64,000 nt of DNA. Source: an uncultured Chitinophagales bacterium. GTDB lineage: Bacteria > Bacteroidota > Bacteroidia > Chitinophagales > UBA8649. Both the position numbers and the translations under genes were made by a program. Below the pieces are notes generated by a model. That model was not told where the DNA came from. It did no database searches and saw nothing but the letters and a program-made list of their open reading frames with translations. Every line of letters begins with the position of its first letter. The first letter of the stretch is position 1. Below, one piece after another: positions 59,391 through 64,000 of this stretch. The DNA is taken from contig CAWVRT010000009.1 of assembly GCA_963932515.1 (NCBI GenBank), positions 1,208 through 65,207 of the forward strand, given 5' to 3'.

Positions 59391-60662
59391 TTATCTCACT
59401 TCTACTAAAAAATAATTTTTCTTTCCTTTTTGAGCTAAGATGAATCCATTATCTAAAACATCTTTAGTTGTTAGAACCGTATCCATTTTTACTTTTGTTT
59501 TATTAATACTGATTGCATTTTCTTTTAAAGACCTTCTAGCCTCTCCGTTAGAATTTTGAATACCCGTTTTATCTGCTAAAAATTCAACAATATCTAATCC
59601 GTTTTCAATATCTGCTTTGGCAATTTCAAAACTTGGAACACCTTCAAAAATTTCTGATAATTCTTTTGCATTAAATTTATTCAAAGCTTCAAAAGTTGCT
59701 TTACCAAATAAAATTTTAGAAGCTTCCTTTGCCATTTCTAAATCTTCTTTAGAGTGTACCATTATCGTTACTTCATCAGCTAAAGTGTTTTGCAATAATC
59801 TTTGATGTGGCGCTTCTTGATGCCCTGCTATTAATTTAAAAACAGTTTCTTTATCTAAGAACGTAAATTTCTTGATGTACTCTTCTGCTTCATCATCTGA
59901 TCTTTGTAACCAAAATTGGTAAAATTTATAAGGAGAAGTTAAATTTTTATCCATCCAAACGTTTCCACCTTCAGATTTTCCAAATTTTCCGCCATCTGCT
60001 TTCGTAATTAATGGCGTTGTCAAAGCATAAGCTTTCCCGCCATCCATTCTTCTTACCAATTCCGAACCAGTGGTAATATTTCCCCATTGGTCAGAACCAC
60101 CCATTTGTAAAGTACAATTGTAATTTTTGTATAAATGGAGAAAATCAAATCCTTGTATTAATTGATAAGAAAACTCCGTAAAAGAGATTCCCGTTTCTAT
60201 CCGTTTTTTAACAGAATCTTTTGCCATCATGTAGTTTACCGTCAAATGTTTTCCTACATCTCTAATAAACTCTAAAAAAGACATCTTCCCTACCCAATCA
60301 AAATTATTCAATAACAAGGCACCATCTTTTTCTTCAAAATCTAAAAATTTAGAAATTTGCTTTTTAATACCTTCAATATTATGATTCAAAGTAGCTTCAT
60401 CTAATAAATTTCTTTCATCAGATTTTCCAGATGGATCGCCGACCATTCCTGTAGCGCCACCAACTAAAGCAATCGGTCTATGACCTGCTTTTTTTAAGTG
60501 CATCAATAATATAATTGGAATTAAACTTCCTATATGTAAAGAATCGGCAGTAGGATCAAAACCAATATAACCAGTCACTTTATTTTTCAATAAGTGTTCT
60601 TCTGTTCCTGGCATTATGTCTTGTAATAATCCTCTCCATTGTAATTCTTCTATTAAATTCAT
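59391..60662 (-). CDS. tyrS: Tyrosine--tRNA ligase
   Basis: GFDPTADSLHIG, QMGGSDQWGNI, KFGKS, C-terminal S4 domain. Confidence 0.98.
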   Translation of the reverse strand: MNLIEELQWRGLLQDIMPGTEEHLLKNKVTGYIGFDPTADSLHIGSLIPIILLMHLKKAGHRPIALVGGATGMVGDPSGKSDERNLLDEATLNHNIEGIKKQISKFLDFEEKDGALLLNNFDWVGKMSFLEFIRDVGKHLTVNYMMAKDSVKKRIETGISFTEFSYQLIQGFDFLHLYKNYNCTLQMGGSDQWGNITTGSELVRRMDGGKAYALTTPLITKADGGKFGKSEGGNVWMDKNLTSPYKFYQFWLQRSDDEAEEYIKKFTFLDKETVFKLIAGHQEAPHQRLLQNTLADEVTIMVHSKEDLEMAKEASKILFGKATFEALNKFNAKELSEIFEGVPSFEIAKADIENGLDIVEFLADKTGIQNSNGEARRSLKENAISINKTKVKMDTVLTTKDVLDNGFILAQKGKKNYFLVEVR

Positions 60663-60833
60663 CTTTGTATTTTTTACGCGTCAATTTCTTTTGCAAATTT
60701 ACTTTATTATTTAATTTTATTAAACTCTCTTTCTTTTAATCTTGTTACGCAACAAAAAAAAAGAGCAATTCCAATCAAAAGAGCATCTTTCTTACAGGGT
60801 AAAATGAGAACTTCTACTTATTTTAAACAGTCA

Positions 60834-61886
60834 CTATTTTTTTAAAAAGATTGGTTTATCCCAATTCAAAAAAAACATTGGGTGAAAGATTAATTCTCCC
60901 TTTGTATTTAATTCCAGCGCAGGAAATGGTACTTTTATTATATTAATCACAGAGAATAAAGTTTTTAAGACAGGGCTCTTTGTAGGAATCCTTTCCCAAT
61001 CGACATCTAAGGAAAAGAAAAATCTTCTATATCTTTCTACATCAAACCGTTGAATACTATTTCCATGCTTGTCTTCCCATTCATTTTCAAAGCCGCCATA
61101 CATTCCTCCACCGGCATACCCGAAAGCTAAATTTACCCAAAGTGCCTTCTTTGCATTCTTATTAAAGGAAGATGGATTTACCGAAATCCAGATTACTAAG
61201 CCGTTGTAGTCTTTTATTATTTGTTCTAAAGGAGTTTCTCCATACAATGAATTAGATCTACTTACTAATTGGGCATCTAAATGATTTACCTTATGAAAGG
61301 AATATTTTGTGCGAATTCGTTGTTCATTCCAAAAATAATATTGCGTATAAGCTAAGCTAGCACCAATAAAGTTTGCACCAATATCTGAAACAGAAGCACC
61401 CCATTTAGCAGAAAATCCATCAAATATTTCTATAGAAGATTGAAAACCAAAACCAACTAACGCACCAATTAAAGCAGCTTTTTTATCTTTGGTGCCCGTC
61501 CATCTTATCATTTTAGTTAACAAAACACTCTGCATATAAGTAGTATGAAAATGCCCCATTTTATCTACTTGTAACCACTCCCCAGAATCATCAAAAAAAT
61601 GAAACTTTGAACGATCTGTACCCGCATACCAAATTTGATTTAAACCGACCATAGCACCTACATAACTAGCACCTAAACTTGTAGAGAGTGCAATAGTTCT
61701 ACCCTTATTAAACTCCGGAGCTGGTTTAAAAAACGGAATTCTTTGCTTTATCCGAGAAGAGTCTTGTGCAAAGGTATTGAATGAAACTAGAATAAAAAGC
61801 AAAAAAAACACAGCCCTAACCCTTCTCGAGATGGGAATGTGCCAAGTATTATTACTTTCGCCTGATATATATATATGAATTTTCAA
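60834..61886 (-). CDS. DUF2279 (YfiM-like) domain protein
   Basis: FHFFDD..EWLQVDK.GH, IEIFDGFSAKWGAS.SD..AN, KDYNG, LDVDW. Start uncertain. Confidence 0.8.
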   Translation of the reverse strand: MKIHIYISGESNNTWHIPISRRVRAVFFLLFILVSFNTFAQDSSRIKQRIPFFKPAPEFNKGRTIALSTSLGASYVGAMVGLNQIWYAGTDRSKFHFFDDSGEWLQVDKMGHFHTTYMQSVLLTKMIRWTGTKDKKAALIGALVGFGFQSSIEIFDGFSAKWGASVSDIGANFIGASLAYTQYYFWNEQRIRTKYSFHKVNHLDAQLVSRSNSLYGETPLEQIIKDYNGLVIWISVNPSSFNKNAKKALWVNLAFGYAGGGMYGGFENEWEDKHGNSIQRFDVERYRRFFFSLDVDWERIPTKSPVLKTLFSVINIIKVPFPALELNTKGELIFHPMFFLNWDKPIFLKK

Positions 61887-61975
61887 TGAATTTTGTTAGT
61901 AATCGAAATGTATTATTTCAACCAAATATACATTAAAATACTCAGTTAAATTCACTAGCATTTATTAGTAATTAA

Positions 61976-63373
61976 TTAAAGTATAACTGATTTGACAGCT
62001 TCTAACATTCTATTAACCTCTTCTATACTTTCCGCTTCACCATATACTCTAAGTACTGGTTCAGTTCCTGAAGGGCGAATCATAACAACTCTTTCGTTTC
62101 CTAAATGAAACTTAAACCCATCTATCGTTTCCACTTCTTCTACCTTATAAGACCCAAATGAAGTATAATTTCCAGCTTTACAGTTTTCTATAATGCTTGC
62201 TTTTAATTCATTGGTAATATGTAAATCATTTCTGTTGTAGGAGAAAGCCCCTACTACTTCATAAACTTCTGTTATTAAAGCTTCAATCGTTGTGTTATGC
62301 TTTGCTAAGTGTTCCATAATAACTAAACCATCCCAAATACCATCTCTTTCTGGAATATGTCCTTTTACAGCAATTCCACCAGACTCTTCACCACCTACTA
62401 AAACATCTTCATTGATCATGTAAGGTGCAATGTTTTTGAAACCAATTTTAGTTACAGCATAAGCTAAGCCATAAGCTTTACACATTTTTTGAATCTTTGG
62501 AGAAGCAGAAAAAGCAACAACTACTTTACCTGACATTCCTTGATGTTTATGTAAGATGTGTATCAATATCAAAATGATATGATGTGCATCTATGAATTTA
62601 CCTTTGGAGCTATACAATCCAATTCTATCTGCATCGCCATCATTAGCTAAACCTAAATGATAATCATCATTATCTCTTAAAAAGTGAGATAATTCTTGTA
62701 AATTTTTATCAATTGGCTCTGGTGCTTGACCATTAAAACCTGGATTATGCTCGCAATGTAAATGTTTTGCTTTTGGCATGATTCTCTTGAAAATATTTTG
62801 TCCAGAACCATACATAGCATCATAAGCTAAGTTAAAATTTGAATTTCTAATCATTTCTAAATCAAAAGCTGCTTCCACTTTCTCAAAATACATATCTTCT
62901 AAATTGACATATTCTAACAAGCCTTTCTCTTCCATTTCTGCAAAATCTACTGTAGGAATTTCAAAAGTATCTGGAATCATGTCTTCCACTTTTTGAATAT
63001 CTGCTTCAATAGAAGGCCCACCGAAATGAGATTTTAATTTATAGCCATTATAAGTAGGCGGATTGTGACTAGCTGTTATAATAACACCTGCAAATGCATT
63101 TAATTCTAATGCCGCCAAAGAAATCATTGGTGTCGTTACAAATGACTTGTCATAATACACTTTGATACCTTCCGAACACATTACATGGATAACTACTTCA
63201 GAAAAAAGCACACCACCAAAACGGCAATCGTAACCTAAAACCATTGTTTTGTTTCCAGATTCTTTAATCCATTGAGCGGTAGCATAAGCCACACGAGCTA
63301 CATTTTCTACTGTATAATCTTTTGCAATAATAGCTCTCCAGCCATCAGTTCCGAATTTAATTTTTTGTATCAT
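61976..63373 (-). CDS. Phosphoglucomutase/phosphomannomutase family protein
   Basis: FGTDGWR, ITASHNP, DGDADR, GGEESGG, RPSGTEP. Confidence 0.95.
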   Translation of the reverse strand: MIQKIKFGTDGWRAIIAKDYTVENVARVAYATAQWIKESGNKTMVLGYDCRFGGVLFSEVVIHVMCSEGIKVYYDKSFVTTPMISLAALELNAFAGVIITASHNPPTYNGYKLKSHFGGPSIEADIQKVEDMIPDTFEIPTVDFAEMEEKGLLEYVNLEDMYFEKVEAAFDLEMIRNSNFNLAYDAMYGSGQNIFKRIMPKAKHLHCEHNPGFNGQAPEPIDKNLQELSHFLRDNDDYHLGLANDGDADRIGLYSSKGKFIDAHHIILILIHILHKHQGMSGKVVVAFSASPKIQKMCKAYGLAYAVTKIGFKNIAPYMINEDVLVGGEESGGIAVKGHIPERDGIWDGLVIMEHLAKHNTTIEALITEVYEVVGAFSYNRNDLHITNELKASIIENCKAGNYTSFGSYKVEEVETIDGFKFHLGNERVVMIRPSGTEPVLRVYGEAESIEEVNRMLEAVKSVIL

Positions 63374-63437
63374 TTATTTATTATTTTGTCCAAATTTACG
63401 ATTATTTATAACTCCTGAATACAATATAATACCTACT

Positions 63438-63472
63438 AAAAAGGCCTATAAATTTACTTTAATAGGCCTTTT
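63438..63472 (-). terminator. Intrinsic terminator after rseP
   Basis: AAAAGGCCTAT / ATAGGCCTTTT stem. Confidence 0.7.
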
Positions 63473-63491
63473 ATTATTTTAAATTATTTAA

Positions 63492-63998
63492 TTACCCAAA
63501 TATTGCTTTGTAGATATCATTACCATTTGCATAAATTAATAGTGCAAACAACAAAGCCATTCCAACCATTTGGGTGTATTCCATAAACTTTTCGTTTGCT
63601 GGCTTACCCACTACCATTTCATATAATACGAAAACTGAGTGACCACCATCTAAACCAGGAATAGGTAAAAGATTTAAGAATGCCAACATAATAGATAAAA
63701 ATGCTGTTAATGACCAGAATTTTTCCCAAGTAAATAATTCTTTTGCTGGAAACATACCACCAATAGCCGCAAAACCACCAACTTGTTTATAGCCTTTAAT
63801 CTTTTTATTGAAGATTAACTTAAACTGCTTTAAATAATCTGTAAATGTTTTCCAAGTTTTTACTGGCCCTGCAACAATTGCTTGCCCAACAGTATAATTT
63901 GTTCTTTCGAAAGTAAATAAACTATTTGCATCAACTGAATAACCCAACATTGGCGTTTCATCAAATGTTATCGTTAATTCTTTTGTTTGACCTTCTCT
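63492..63998 (-). CDS. rseP: RIP metalloprotease RseP (C-terminal part; 5' end is beyond the window)
   Basis: NLLPIPGLDGGH motif; the frame stays open to the window edge. Confidence 0.93.
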   Translation of the reverse strand, partial: REGQTKELTITFDETPMLGYSVDANSLFTFERTNYTVGQAIVAGPVKTWKTFTDYLKQFKLIFNKKIKGYKQVGGFAAIGGMFPAKELFTWEKFWSLTAFLSIMLAFLNLLPIPGLDGGHSVFVLYEMVVGKPANEKFMEYTQMVGMALLFALLIYANGNDIYKAIFG

Positions 63999-64000
63999 TT

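Noticed and set aside
1-64000. CRISPR array, prophage, IS elements, defence systems, rRNA or recoded genes
   Set aside because: No repeat-spacer arrays, phage or transposase motifs were seen, and the core genes read intact in the standard bacterial code.

Overview
An AT-rich stretch of core chromosome from a Bacteroidota bacterium, identified by TAnnTTTG-type promoters, PorP/SprF and GldC genes, and signal peptides cleaved before Gln. It is mostly housekeeping: a complete nqrABCDEF operon with apbE, mutS, ftsY, prfC, tyrS, pdxJ-fbp, rsmD-coaD, kdsB-menA, mtaB-lgt, pyrE, a DAHP synthase, ssb with a PIF1-like helicase, tRNA-Lys(TTT), T9SS accessory genes and several hypothetical exported proteins. 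I saw no prophage, transposase, integrase, CRISPR array or rRNA. The best leads are: (1) an exported protein with thioester-domain (TED)-like motifs in possibly permuted order; (2) a small signal-peptide protein resembling PC4/Whirly-like ssDNA binders; (3) a Kazal-inhibitor lipoprotein gene bracketed by attC-core-like inverted sites; (4) several apparently leaderless genes, including pyrE and a NUDIX gene whose start codons overlap in one CATG; (5) a DEAD-box helicase with a histone-H1-like arm containing a perfect 150-bp duplication; (6) an NqrA with an extra N-terminal transmembrane segment. All family calls are by-eye motif recognition; no database search was run.
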